From Cystobasidiomycetes sp. EMM_F5 (taxonomy: Eukaryota): a stretch of 64,000 bases of DNA. How positions within the stretch are numbered: the first letter of the stretch is position 1; every line of letters begins with the position of its first letter. Shown here piece after piece: positions 35,942 through 47,227 of this stretch. Below the pieces are notes generated by a model. The model was given only the letters and a program-made list of their open reading frames with translations, was not told the DNA's origin and did no database searches. The position numbers were made by a program, and so were the translations under genes. The stretch spans positions 434,001 through 498,000 of the forward strand of contig JBPGPT010000002.1 of assembly GCA_051047955.1 (NCBI GenBank), given 5' to 3'.

Positions 35942-37318
35942 ATGGCCATGTTTGCCAGCGCAGCCGACCGTCGCGCTCTGCACGTTCCAAACGGCAAGGG
36001 AGGTGCAACCCGCCCACCGATAAAGAGGACAGCCAGTACAGCCGACATCAGTGCGGATGATGACCTGAATACTGTGGCCTTCATCGACCAGCATCGGGTC
36101 ATCAACGCCGGCGACATCTCCTCCGACGACGAGGGGCACTTTGGGGTCGGGAAACTCGGTGTTCGTGAAGACTGGGAGAGCGATTCAGAAGACGACAGCA
36201 GCGAGGTAGAGATGGACGTGTCTGGAAGACCGCAACGTACGGCGCGCAGGCGCGTCGGCAAACAAGACGATGACCCATTCATGCTCACAAACTCAGCTGC
36301 CACTACGACCCCAACTACATCCTCGCCCACCGAACCTGCTAGCAGGATGCTCGTTGATGGCTCTCCGCCTTCTTCACCTACCTACGCAGCTGCTGGACGG
36401 CAGCAGGCACAACAACGCGGTGTGAAGCGCAAGCTGCCCGCTTCGACGGAAGGATCAGCTGATACCGGATATAAAATGAGCGAGAAAGCGCGAAAACAAT
36501 TCGATGACGAAGAAAGCAATCCATTTCTAGTCCGACCGCAGACTTCCGCAGCCGGTTCTGCAAAGTCTGACGGCCCGCGCAAGACGCAGGACGGAAATCA
36601 CAAGATGTCATACGTATTGTACGTGCAATGTAGTATGTCTCTAACGGAATACAGTTCTGATCTTTGTCCTACACTGTGCAGCCGTGGAAAGCGTATCACG
36701 TATGAAGCGGACATATCCTCGCTCCACCCTGATCTAGATAGCGACGAAGAGGAACTGAATCGCAAACTTGGTGTCAAGTCTGGTCCACGCGTCTTGTTTC
36801 CTGCACCGCCAACTCCTGTTGCGTCCACTTCCAAACGGACTACAGCAAATGTTTCTCCACCTTGCGCAACGTCTGCTGCCGCCAATGCACACCTCATGCA
36901 GACACCCCGCAGGCCGGGCAAGAAAGGGGTAGTCTCTTTCGTCGAGAGCTCGCCTGTTGATACGAGATTTCCTGCTGCAACTCCTGCTACCACATCTCGA
37001 GCGCGGTCTTCTGCCGTTGAGCTAGACGTGAGCAGGGCCGGAAGTCAGAAGAGAAAAGTGGAGCAAGATGACGGCCTTTCAAGGGGTATCCCACCCACTC
37101 CAGCTTCACTTCCCCAGCCAAGACTGTCGGAAATGGACAAGCACGTCATCAACCCCGAGCAAGCGCAGTCTATGCGGGAGAGCTTCATCAACACTATGAA
37201 TGCTATGCATCAATCTTCTGTCAACCAGCACCGGAGGCGAATGAGTGGCATGATGAGCAATCCCGCCTCGGATGCTGCTCGTCTCGCCCGAAGACACGCT
37301 CCCTACCATCCGCGGTGA
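35942..37318 (+). CDS. Disordered protein with a Rum1/Sic1-type CDK-inhibitor core; intron 36619-36681
   Basis: After splicing: ESNPFL...SYVFRGKRITY...GPRVLFP; many S/T-P sites; C-terminal RHAPY (PY-NLS-like). Confidence 0.65.
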   Translation: MAMFASAADRRALHVPNGKGGATRPPIKRTASTADISADDDLNTVAFIDQHRVINAGDISSDDEGHFGVGKLGVREDWESDSEDDSSEVEMDVSGRPQRTARRRVGKQDDDPFMLTNSAATTTPTTSSPTEPASRMLVDGSPPSSPTYAAAGRQQAQQRGVKRKLPASTEGSADTGYKMSEKARKQFDDEESNPFLVRPQTSAAGSAKSDGPRKTQDGNHKMSYVLYVQCSMSLTEYSSDLCPTLCSRGKRITYEADISSLHPDLDSDEEELNRKLGVKSGPRVLFPAPPTPVASTSKRTTANVSPPCATSAAANAHLMQTPRRPGKKGVVSFVESSPVDTRFPAATPATTSRARSSAVELDVSRAGSQKRKVEQDDGLSRGIPPTPASLPQPRLSEMDKHVINPEQAQSMRESFINTMNAMHQSSVNQHRRRMSGMMSNPASDAARLARRHAPYHPR

Positions 37319-37737
37319 AGCATGGGACGACAGTCTAGTCTTGGCGTCGCGGTTCATCCAGTCCACACTACTGACACGACATGCTCCGAATATCATCTTT
37401 CTATTTCAACGTGTACATTACAGCACTCCCTAGCGCGTAATCCCATTGCAGATCTTGGGCCTTCTTAGCTCATCGTTGTATCTTAGTCTTGCAAAGCACA
37501 ATCTTGGCTCAGACATATGCAATGAAAGAAGACAAGCGGTGATATTCAATTCTGACGTTGAATGTTGGACGAGTCTCGCAGGGAATACGTATGTTTGGAC
37601 TTTTAGCAAGCCTATTTATGGAACATTACGTCGATCCGTACGCGGACACAACGTGTTGGAATGTCGAAAGTGCAGCTTTACTTTGCCCAGAGCAGCATCC
37701 CGAATTCTGAACTCTACGGCCATCACTCGTCGACAAC

Positions 37738-39801
37738 ATGCACCTCGTCGTAGGAGGAAAGGATACCGACAGCGTGCGTGTCTTGCCAGGTCCCCGGGCA
37801 GGTTACAAGCGAAAAGTTGTAGGCTAACTTGCAGCTTACTCTGCACTGACACGACAGTCAGACTTCCATTCCACTTCCGTGTACGGCTCATCAGCAGCCA
37901 GTAAAGAGATTCCACGCTATGAACTCCAAGACGAGGAATTGGACCCTAGGATCGCCTCGAGACTTATTCAGGACGAATTGCAGCTGGATGGCATACCCGC
38001 GCTGAACCTCGCGAGTTTTGTGACGACGTACATGGAGAAGGAGTGCGAAGAGCTTATGCGAGATAGTGAGCCTTCCAGTCGTTGTCTCTGCAAAGTGACG
38101 TAGACTAATGATATACGTCCAGACTTGAACAAGAACTTCATTGACGTGTAAGCAAATACTTTAGGCACGTTTCATCAGACTGACGTGTGAATTGCATAAA
38201 TTACAGCGAAGAATATCCTTCCCTAGGCGAGATTGAAGCCCGCTGTGTCAATATTGTCGCCAAACTGTTCAATGCCCCTCTTGAAGGCGAGCACAATGCG
38301 CTCGGCGTCAGCACCGTGGGAAGTTCCGAAGCAATCATCCTCGCCGTCCTCGCTGCCAAGCGGAGATGGCAAAAGATGCGAAGAGCTCAGGGCAAGTCGA
38401 CTGAAAAGCCAAACTTAGTGATGAATGCAGCTGTGCAGGTATGTCTATGTGCTTTTGTTGATTGTTGAGCAGGCATACTCAAGGTCTGCCCGCGTCACTC
38501 TCTCGTGGTCACTATAGGTCTGCTGGGAAAAGGCAGCACGCTACATGGAGTAAGCAAAGCGATTGTAAAACAATCGCAACCCATACTGACTATATCCACG
38601 TCATCAGAGTAGAAGAACGCTACTGGAATACCAGACCCGGAACATATGCTGCTGACCCGAAAGAGCTGGTGGACCTTGTCGACGAAAACACCGTCCTCGT
38701 CTGTGCCATCCTAGGCACCACTTACACTGGAGAATACGAGGACGTAGCCGAGATCAACAAACTACTCGAGGAGAAGAACAAGGCCCAAGGTCTGGATGTG
38801 CACATCCACGTCGATGCCGCTTCGGGTGGTTTCGTAGCGCCATTCGTCAACCCTGATCTTGTCTGGGATTTCAGAAATTCCCTCGTCTGCTCCATCAACA
38901 CCTCTGGACACAAGTATGGACTGGCGTACGCTGGCGTCGGCTATCTGGTGCTACGAGACAAGTCTTTCTTGCCAGAGGTATGCATCCATCTCAAGCGAGG
39001 CGGACTTGTTCTTACTTTACAATAACGTTTATAGGAAATTGTGTTTACTGTCAATTATCTAGGAAGTCCTCAAATGTCGTTTGTAAGTCATTATTTCTGC
39101 GAGGACAGCCTTCAAGCATTGACATGTCTCGCCGCACAGACCCTCAATTTCTCCAAGAGTGCAGTCCAAGTCATCGGATCATACTACCAGCTGATCCGAC
39201 TCGGCAAGAACGGGTATCGCGCAATCATGGGTAATCTGACCGACACTGCCGACTACCTGACCAAAGTGGTAGCGGAGATTCACGACGGCAAGTACTTCAG
39301 GATCATCTCTGCTACGGGGGGAGCGGGTCTCCCGCTCGTTGCTTGGCAGCTGAAGGAGGGCGTGGTCGAATGGGACGAGTTTGCATTGGCGCGTACCCTT
39401 CGCCGCCGTGGCTGGATCGTACCTGCGTACAGTGAGTCCAACGCAAGGTTTGTGCGGAGCATTTTCGCTTACGAACGACGTTTCCAGCCATGGCACCCAG
39501 CTGCGACGGAATGAAGTTACTTCGCGTCGTTGTCCGTGAAGACTTTTCACGTTCCCGCTGCGAAAACTTTATTCGCGATCTCAAGGCTGCGATACAGGAG
39601 CTCGATGAGACGCCCAAGCACGTCCTCGAGCACGAAGATAAGAAAAGCGCAACGAGTGCAGAGGGTAATTCAGATCAGGCTGGCAAGGATGGTAAATCGT
39701 CTTCGTCGCATGCTGCACGACACCAGTCGCGCACGCACGTTCATCACCACGACAAGCACAGTCTGCAGGGTAAACACGGCAAGACGCACGCAGTGTGCTA
39801 G
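37738..39801 (+). CDS. GAD1: Glutamate decarboxylase, spliced
   Basis: LNLASFVTTYME, STVGSSEAIIL, VQVCWEKAARY, ILGTTYTG, IHVDAASGGFVAPF, SINTSGHKYGL (PLP Lys), GWIVPAY, LRVVVREDFS. Confidence 0.95.
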
Positions 39802-40075
39802 ATGAGGGTACAATTCGACGACTAGACGAGTGGGGAAGTCTTGATTGTTGGATTCTGTAGGCAAATATTCAAGCTTGTCTGCAGCTATACAGCCCATTCG
39901 TCATTTTTTGTCATGCGAGTCCCGTCAGGGCGATCAGGCCATTTACTTGGCAGCCGGCTCGTTTGGACGCCAACAAGCGCAGAGTCTGGCTACTTGACTG
40001 GCGCTGCATTGCAGACTGACGGCAGCGAACTGAAGACTGCCTCACACTGCGAGAAGTCGGCATTTAACAAAAGTC

Positions 40076-42541
40076 ATGTCGCACGAAAACAGCTACGACG
40101 CTGGACAGACTACAGATGAGCCAGCAGAAATGGCAACAGGCAACAGTGGGCCAGCAATGCACGTAATTGGCGACGATATTGCTCGGAGCGGCTCAGCTGG
40201 GCGTGGCAGTCCAGCAGCCGAGGTGCCACGGGCTGCGCGACGCCAAAACACCGTCACCATCGACGATGGAACGGGCAACCTGCACAGTCCTGGCATGCAG
40301 CACACAAAGAACGGACACTTGAACACCATCGAGAGCAACGACCGCGCACTGACTGAAAACAGCGAGCGGGACAGCAGTGACGGCACAGCCCAGGACGAAT
40401 CTCACGGGCACGCCCACCGGGGACTCAGCGAGAAGGCTCACGATCTGCGACAACGCGTCGCTGGAAAGCGTCACTCTAGCCATCGAAATAGCAGAGACGC
40501 CAATGGTCCAGCCAGACGGAGCACAGACCGGTCATCTTCGAGCGCACCAGGTCAAGGGTTCCTGCAGCGAATCAAGACGGTAATCTATGCAGATGCATAC
40601 TATTACATGCATATCCACTGATGACTTCTCATGTAAATTGCAGGGCTTGTCTGAACCGCGACCAAAGTGTGAGTTTACGAGGCATTGGAGCAAGCTAGCA
40701 TCAGTGCACAAACTGAAGCATACCTTTGCAACGCGTGCTTCACAGTCAAAAAAGAGCCTACCTGGCGTGCTAGTGGATTCGCTATCCTAAAAGCTTCGTG
40801 GTTGAATGTCCTCCTCGTCTTCATCCCGGTGTCTTGGGCTCTGCATTTTGCAAATGTAAACGATACAATCGTCTTTGTGATGGCTTTCCTCGCCATCATT
40901 CCGCTGTGAGTTTATGACAATTTTGAAGCGTCTTGAAGGTCGCTAAGGCGTACGCTTCGACAGTGCCAAACTCTTGGGATTTGCCACCGAAGAGCTATCT
41001 CTGCGTGTTGGACAAACCATTGGCGGTATGTGAGACTAAATTGCGATAGATATACAAGACGCTGATCGTACATGTACAGGTCTGCTGAATGCGACTCTTG
41101 GAAATGCTGTCGAGTCCGTCCATCGTTTGCCTGCCTTGACAATCTCCTGACCCTGCTTTTGTCACTCAGATTGATCGTTGCCATTCTCGCACTCATCAAG
41201 TGCGAGCTGCAGATCGGTATGCGTTCGAGGCATCTCATATAGTAACAATGCTTACCGTAGCTGAACTCCACAGTGCAATCCTCTCTACTCGGATCAATCC
41301 TGTCAAATCTGCTTCTCGTGCTTGGAATGTGCTTCTTTGTGGGCGGTCTCAAGTTTTCTGAGCAGTCCTTTGGCGAGACTGGCGCTCAGATCAACTCTTC
41401 GCTGCTCGTCATCTCCGTCATTGCCATTCTCATTCCCGCCGGTTTCTTTGCCGCATTCAGCAGCACTCTGGACGTTCAAACGCAAAAGACAGACGTGCTT
41501 GCCATGTCGAGAGGTGCCGCCGTTATCGTTATCGTCATCTATTTCGCCTACATGATTTTCCAGCTCTGGTCGCACCCCCACTTGTTCGCCGACGAGGGTG
41601 CACACGCAAAACAGCTCAGAGAGCGTAAGGTTGGCAAACATCGCATGTTTAGACAGACAAATAGCGATAAACGTGCAGCTGCTGTTACCGCTGCTGGTCA
41701 TGCCAACCTGGAGAATGGCGAGGGTGACGAAGAGGAGGAAGAGGAGGAAGTGCCTTCCATCAACCTGTGGGCTACCATTGTCCTGCTCCTCGCTGTTACA
41801 GTGCTCGTTGGTGTGACTGCCGAATGGTGCGATTCAGATCTTCCTCTCACCGTGATGCGATCCGACTGACAATCACTCCGGAACCTCGCAGGCTCGTTGA
41901 CAGCATTAATGGTCTTACCGAAGGAGGGTCTGGTATCTCGCAGCAATGGGTCGGACTCATCTTGCTGCCCATCGTTGGCAACGCTGCGGAGCATGTCAGT
42001 CTAGATGGAGAGCTGAAGGAATGTTTCTTCGTTGACGCGCTGACGTACTCTTATCAGGTAACGGCCGTCACTGTTGCATACAAGAACAAGTTGGACTTGT
42101 CACTGTCTGTGGCTGTGGGATCTTCTATACAGGTACGCTTGGCCCTGTGAAGTTACTCTGTACATGCTGACGTCTGCAATCAGATTGCTCTGTTTGTCAT
42201 TCCACTCCTGGTCATCCTAGCTTGGATTCTGGGCAAGCCGTTGAGCTTACTGTTTGACCCCTTCGAAAGCATCACCTTGTTCCTCTCCGTACTGCTTGCG
42301 TAAGTCACGTATGAATCAATCAACGCATTAACTTACGTGTCAAGCACAGTAACTATACAATGCAAGACTCGAGGTCAAATTGGCTTGAGGGATGGCTGCT
42401 TATGAACATCTACCTGCTTATTGCGGTCGCATTCTGGTGAGACATTCCCGCAGTTTAGCAGTGTACAGTGAAGCTGACTTTCGAGAATTCAGGTATTATC
42501 CCGCTGCCGACACACCGGAGCAACGGTTACTCGTTTGCTGA
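40076..42541 (+). CDS. VCX1: Vacuolar Ca2+/H+ exchanger (CAX), spliced
   Basis: LLNATLGNAVEL, SLLGSILSNLLLVLG, acidic loop DEEEEEEE, LLPIVGNAAEH, AVGSSIQIALFV, SNWLEG. Confidence 0.93.
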
Positions 42542-42782
42542 AGAATGGTTGCATCTATAACATCTGGTATTGCTTCAGATCTGCCTAATCTAAGCTCAGT
42601 ACATTGCTTGTAATGTATAATCTAACGCAGTGCACCCTATACGGTCAGCCCGACCATCACAGAAAACACTATCTCATTGTGATCTTATCTGTTGTGAACA
42701 CATCTGCGTTGTACGCCTGTCTTTGCGGCTCATACATACACGGCAGGCGGTAGCATCTGAGCAGACGTTGCTTCTTGACCTT

Positions 42783-44336
42783 ATGACCAATCTGCAAATA
42801 TTGCTCCAGCGAATCAGATCTGATGTAACGCAAAATGTCCATTGTCGACATGTCGCCGTCAGATTATCCCGACTCTTAGCTGCCAGCATCACAAGCCGGA
42901 ATATACTGTCCCTGAAATATCTCTGCGAAGACCTGCTGGACTCCGTTTTCAACAGCCAATGCTACTCCAATCTACCGGCAGAGATTGCGGAAGCTATTCA
43001 ACGCGCTTCCATTGCAGAAGCAGCTTCTGCACAGGCAAAGCCGGCTGCCTCTGCTGATTCCGAAAAGCAAGCGCAAGCCAGTCGAAAGCGAAAGCGCGAA
43101 GATCGGTTGGAAGATGTCCAGCTGCTGTTTGAGTATCTACATCCTTTCCGACAGGATGTGGACGTTCCCTCAATCAAAACCCTCGTCCGTTCTAATGCAT
43201 CTTCGGAAAGTCTGGAAATGCCAGACGAAACGCCTATCGGAATCGTCAAAATCTGGGAATGCTTGAAGCCGCTCATGCCCGCTAGAGGCTCCTTTATTGC
43301 TAAATCGCTTCGCATGGAAGAGCTTGTGGACAGTCACGACGGTTCGCTAACCAGCTTGATTACAACGTTGGACGCTTTACTCGACCTTATGGCACAGCTT
43401 TGCGCGCCAGCGCGTGACGAACAAGTGATAGAAGCACAAGATGCGCTTTCGTCTCTTCGTGAATTTCGGTCATCATCGAAACCGCCCAACATAGTACAAA
43501 TGGCCACGGAGAAAGCTCTTCGACTTGCACGGACCCTGGCAGCGGAGATGCAGGCCGACATGCGCCGCTTCTCGCTTGGAGTCACGACTGAGACAAATAC
43601 CGAAGCGACTCTACGGAATTCGATGCGAACAGAAGCGATGAACCGTGAACGAGATGCAGTATGCGAGTTGGGGATCGCAGAGCCCGTCGAGCAAAGCCTG
43701 GACTGGGCCCAGAAAGTGCTAAACAAGCCGGATGCAAAACTGAATAAAGCGAACGTGAGGGAAGCATTCATAAAAGCCATGTTCTCGGCGTCACCAGTGT
43801 CAATGCTCGATACTGCAGACAACCAGCTTCCTCCAATCTTTTATGTCTCTGCTCGCCGCATACACCGACTTCAGAACCAGCTCCAAGCGTGTACCATAGT
43901 GGCAACCCTTTCGACACTTGTAAAAGCGGAGGCGGAACCTCCTTCGATGCCCTGGTCAGAGCGGGTCTGGACCTTGTTGCAATCCGAACTCGACGAATCT
44001 CCTACATCAAAATCTCGTACTGAGGACGGCATCAGAATCGCAAACATCTCGGACGAGATTATTCGTGTGGTTTCTAGCAGTGGTCCTCTTGGGAAGGAGC
44101 GGAAAGATGCAATTCGCACTCAAGTCAACTCGATGCTGCGTCTTGATGACCCGGTATATGCGTTACTCAGTCGACGGCTCAAAGAGGATATCTTGCAGGC
44201 TCTGTCATTGCCGCCGAAAGAGGAGATGCCAATGGGGTTTCGTGTCAGTCCTCTACCCCGCGAGATCAGGTCATGCATGTTGCACATCGCGAATGTTCTG
44301 GAGTGGGCGTACACGAGCTGGAAGATCAATCTGTAG
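42783..44336 (+). CDS. T-complex 11 (Tcp11/Sok1)-like protein
   Basis: LMAQLCAPARDEQV, EMQADMRRFSL and LPPIFYVSARRIHRLQ match recalled Tcp11 blocks; long uninterrupted ORF. Confidence 0.65.
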   Translation: MTNLQILLQRIRSDVTQNVHCRHVAVRLSRLLAASITSRNILSLKYLCEDLLDSVFNSQCYSNLPAEIAEAIQRASIAEAASAQAKPAASADSEKQAQASRKRKREDRLEDVQLLFEYLHPFRQDVDVPSIKTLVRSNASSESLEMPDETPIGIVKIWECLKPLMPARGSFIAKSLRMEELVDSHDGSLTSLITTLDALLDLMAQLCAPARDEQVIEAQDALSSLREFRSSSKPPNIVQMATEKALRLARTLAAEMQADMRRFSLGVTTETNTEATLRNSMRTEAMNRERDAVCELGIAEPVEQSLDWAQKVLNKPDAKLNKANVREAFIKAMFSASPVSMLDTADNQLPPIFYVSARRIHRLQNQLQACTIVATLSTLVKAEAEPPSMPWSERVWTLLQSELDESPTSKSRTEDGIRIANISDEIIRVVSSSGPLGKERKDAIRTQVNSMLRLDDPVYALLSRRLKEDILQALSLPPKEEMPMGFRVSPLPREIRSCMLHIANVLEWAYTSWKINL

Positions 44337-44459
44337 CATACCATTTCATAATATCGAGGTTGTGGTCTCAGACTCTACTCGGCACATGCAGTGACGCCTC
44401 ACTGTCCATGAGCTACTTCTGGACTTTTATTGCTGAATGATACAGTCCGTTCTACCGTC

Positions 44460-46158
44460 TCAGTTTTTCTCCTTCATCATACGGGTATATGCCCGCTCAT
44501 ACTGATGCGGCGTTCTCACCACTACATTCAGTTCTAATGGCTCATATCGTCAGCAGGGGAATCAGCGATAGCACAAGTCCATAAGCTCACCCTGCGCAGC
44601 ATTGAAAACAAAGTCTGCTTGTCGTAGGAACTCTCTAGCTAGAAGTACGGCATCCGCTTTGCCAGTCTCCACAATCTCGTTTGCCTGAGCTCCACTGGTG
44701 ATTAGGCCCACCGACCCGACCAGGAGGCCTGGCACAGCTTTTCTGATAGCGTCTGCAAAAGGAACCTGATAGCCAGGTCTTAGATCGAACGTCTGTTTTT
44801 CGTAATTTCCCCCCGACGAAACATCCAAGAAATCAATCTTCAATTCTTGTAGGCGTTTTGCAAGAATGATCGACTGCTCGATCCCCCAGCTTGCATAGCT
44901 GCCATCCTCATTTTTCTCGCTAGGACCGTAGTCTGTTGCGCTTATGCGCACAAATACGGGTTTCTCTGCTGGCCAGTAGGTTCGGGTCATTTCCGCCACT
45001 TCGAGGAGCAGTCGCATGCGGTTTTCAAGCGAGCCGCCATAATTGTCAGTACGATGGTTACTGAGCGGGCTGAGGTAGTTATGCAGCGCATAACCGTGAG
45101 CCGCATGAACTTCAACTACGTCGAATCCAGCTTCGTTCGCTCGAACAAGTGATTGTTTCCAGGCGTCCTTGAAGTCAGCGATGTCTTGCGTAGCCATCTC
45201 GATAGGTGTAGCGCTACACGGAGATCAGCTTGCTGCCGTCTGCTGGATGAAATAGCTCTGAAGACATACTAGCCCTCTGCAAATGGAATCGCGCTCGGCC
45301 CCCATACGTTCTTCCACCCGTGCTCTGTTGAAGCAATCAGGCTGATTCCTTTGACTGAGGGCATTAATGAAGTAGAGGCTCACCATTCTCTGGCACATAA
45401 TGTGACGCTCCACGACGCCAGGGAGAGTAGGTACTAGCCTTTCGTCCTGCATGTGCCAGCTGAATTCCGGCGAGCGCACTGTGTGAATGGATAATGTCGA
45501 CGATGCGCTTGAATGGCGTAATCTGCTCGTCGTTCCACAATCCCAAATCTTCGGGCGAAATCATGCCGTTGTGAAGGACGCTCGTGGCCTCTGCCACAAT
45601 AAACCGTCAGCTATTATTGCAAGCACTTAGTATCAAAGCAAAGTAATCCAATTTACCTGTGAAGACGAGTGCGGGACCACGCATAGCAAACGCCGACAGA
45701 TGCGCTAGATGGTAATCGGAAGGCATGCCTGTCCCTGATTCCGCAGAGTATTCTGTGATTAATGGTCAGCCAATTGATGCTTATGTATTGTGCGAGTTGC
45801 ACTACTAACGGCACATCTGAGGATTGTAGCGGTCTAGTCAGCCTTCTAAAGTTTGTGCGACTATGGATATGTACGTACAGGAGACACAATGATACGATTC
45901 TTGAGTTCAGTCTCCCGGATCTTGAGCGGTTTAAACAAAGCTGGCTGAGCAGTGTTCGGGTGGTCTACATGCGGACGTAGGTATGTTCCAATCTACACGA
46001 CACGATGAGAATCTAGCGTCAAACGGACATAAAGCGACCTCTATACTCACTGCAGGCTTTGTGACTGGCGCGTGGCTCGTATGAGTCTTGCAGCTGTACC
46101 CATGATGCGCCGGGAAGTCTGACGTATCGGGTTTGCGTTCTCTCTCATCGTGAGCCAT
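44460..46158 (-). CDS. Old yellow enzyme / NADH:flavin oxidoreductase (YqjM-like class), spliced
   Basis: LKNRIIVSPMCQYS, GIQLAHAGRKAS, EVHAAHGYALHNYLSPLSNHRTDNYGGSLENRMR, FVRISATD, DVSSGG, PGYQVPFA. Confidence 0.92.
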
Positions 46159-46494
46159 ATTAGGTTCAGTGTCAGTTGATTTATTGGACGAAATGCAACA
46201 CAGAGTAAAGCGGCTGCCCGTCAGCAGGCTACGAAGATGATTTGGAAATGCGGCATGTGGATGACTAAGTTGCTAAGTATCCGGCTAGGCACGTCACATC
46301 GACGGTATGGCTATGGCCTTGTTGGGAGGTAGCTTTCTCAGACTTGTACATTGCTGGAGTTGCAAAGAGCTCTGTAGGCTGCCTTTGAGCTTTGCTTCAG
46401 AATCCAAGCGGCCGCCATGATGTGCCCCATCAACTATTGCTGCTCTGGCTTGACTTGCAACGCACTCAGTAGAATAACATCCTAACATCTGCCA

Positions 46495-47018
46495 ATGAAT
46501 CTCTACACCCTCTCGTGTATCGGCCTGGTCCTGCTGGTCCTGCTCGCAGGCTACACGTTCCGCTTTCGAGTCGCGCAATACCTGCCAGTCTGGATGGCAG
46601 CCAGGCTAAACCTACGCGAGTACCAAGCTCTGAATACGTTCGATAACGCTGCCGCCGCGGGATTCAATACGTCCACATTTGACCTGAGTCAGAACCTCGA
46701 GGATGGGGAAACGAGGTCCGGCTTGGACGAGGATAGTTTACGCGAAGTCAGGAGGATAATGGACAGGTGGGTAGCAGACATGGCCACGCTGGCGCAGGCA
46801 TTACATCAGACTAACTGGAGTTGCTCGGACTATCACAGTCATCGCGTGGGATTCGACGAAGCTCGTCTGATCCGGCAACAAAGGATAATGCGTCAGAACG
46901 GCATAGGTGAATGAAGCTCGCAGCCAATCTGCAGCAATTCTCTAATGACATATTGCTCAATTTAGACCCAGCAACCGGACTTCCTCTGGACAAGAAGGCA
47001 ATCACGCGCTTGTCGTAG
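46495..47018 (+). CDS. DUF2015-family small membrane protein, spliced
   Basis: N-terminal TM helix; GFNTSTFDLSQN, RSGLD..EVRRIM, FDEARL, NGIDPATGLPLDKKA. Confidence 0.82.
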
Positions 47019-47227
47019 TGTCCTCCATTGTGTTCTTCAATGCGGGACGCGGAGACAATATTGTTCCATCATTACATTCATCGTGTCGTTGTTTCACATC
47101 TTACTCAGTGCTCTGACGTGATGCTGTATGGCATATCTGCGTCCTTCTTCCGCAACCCTGATCTGACAGGACTAGATGCTACGATTGACCGTTAACTGCA
47201 CCGATGCTGCTAATTCACTGCAGATTA

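Noticed and set aside
37738..42541. GAD1 and VCX1 as a Ca2+/acid-stress module
   Set aside because: Tandem adjacency only; no shared motif seen and no clear calmodulin-binding tail on GAD.
44400..44462. Cryptic PTS1 via stop-codon readthrough (checked for OYE, GAD1 and JLP1-like genes)
   Set aside because: No TGA-CTA context, and the extensions do not end in SKL-like tripeptides.
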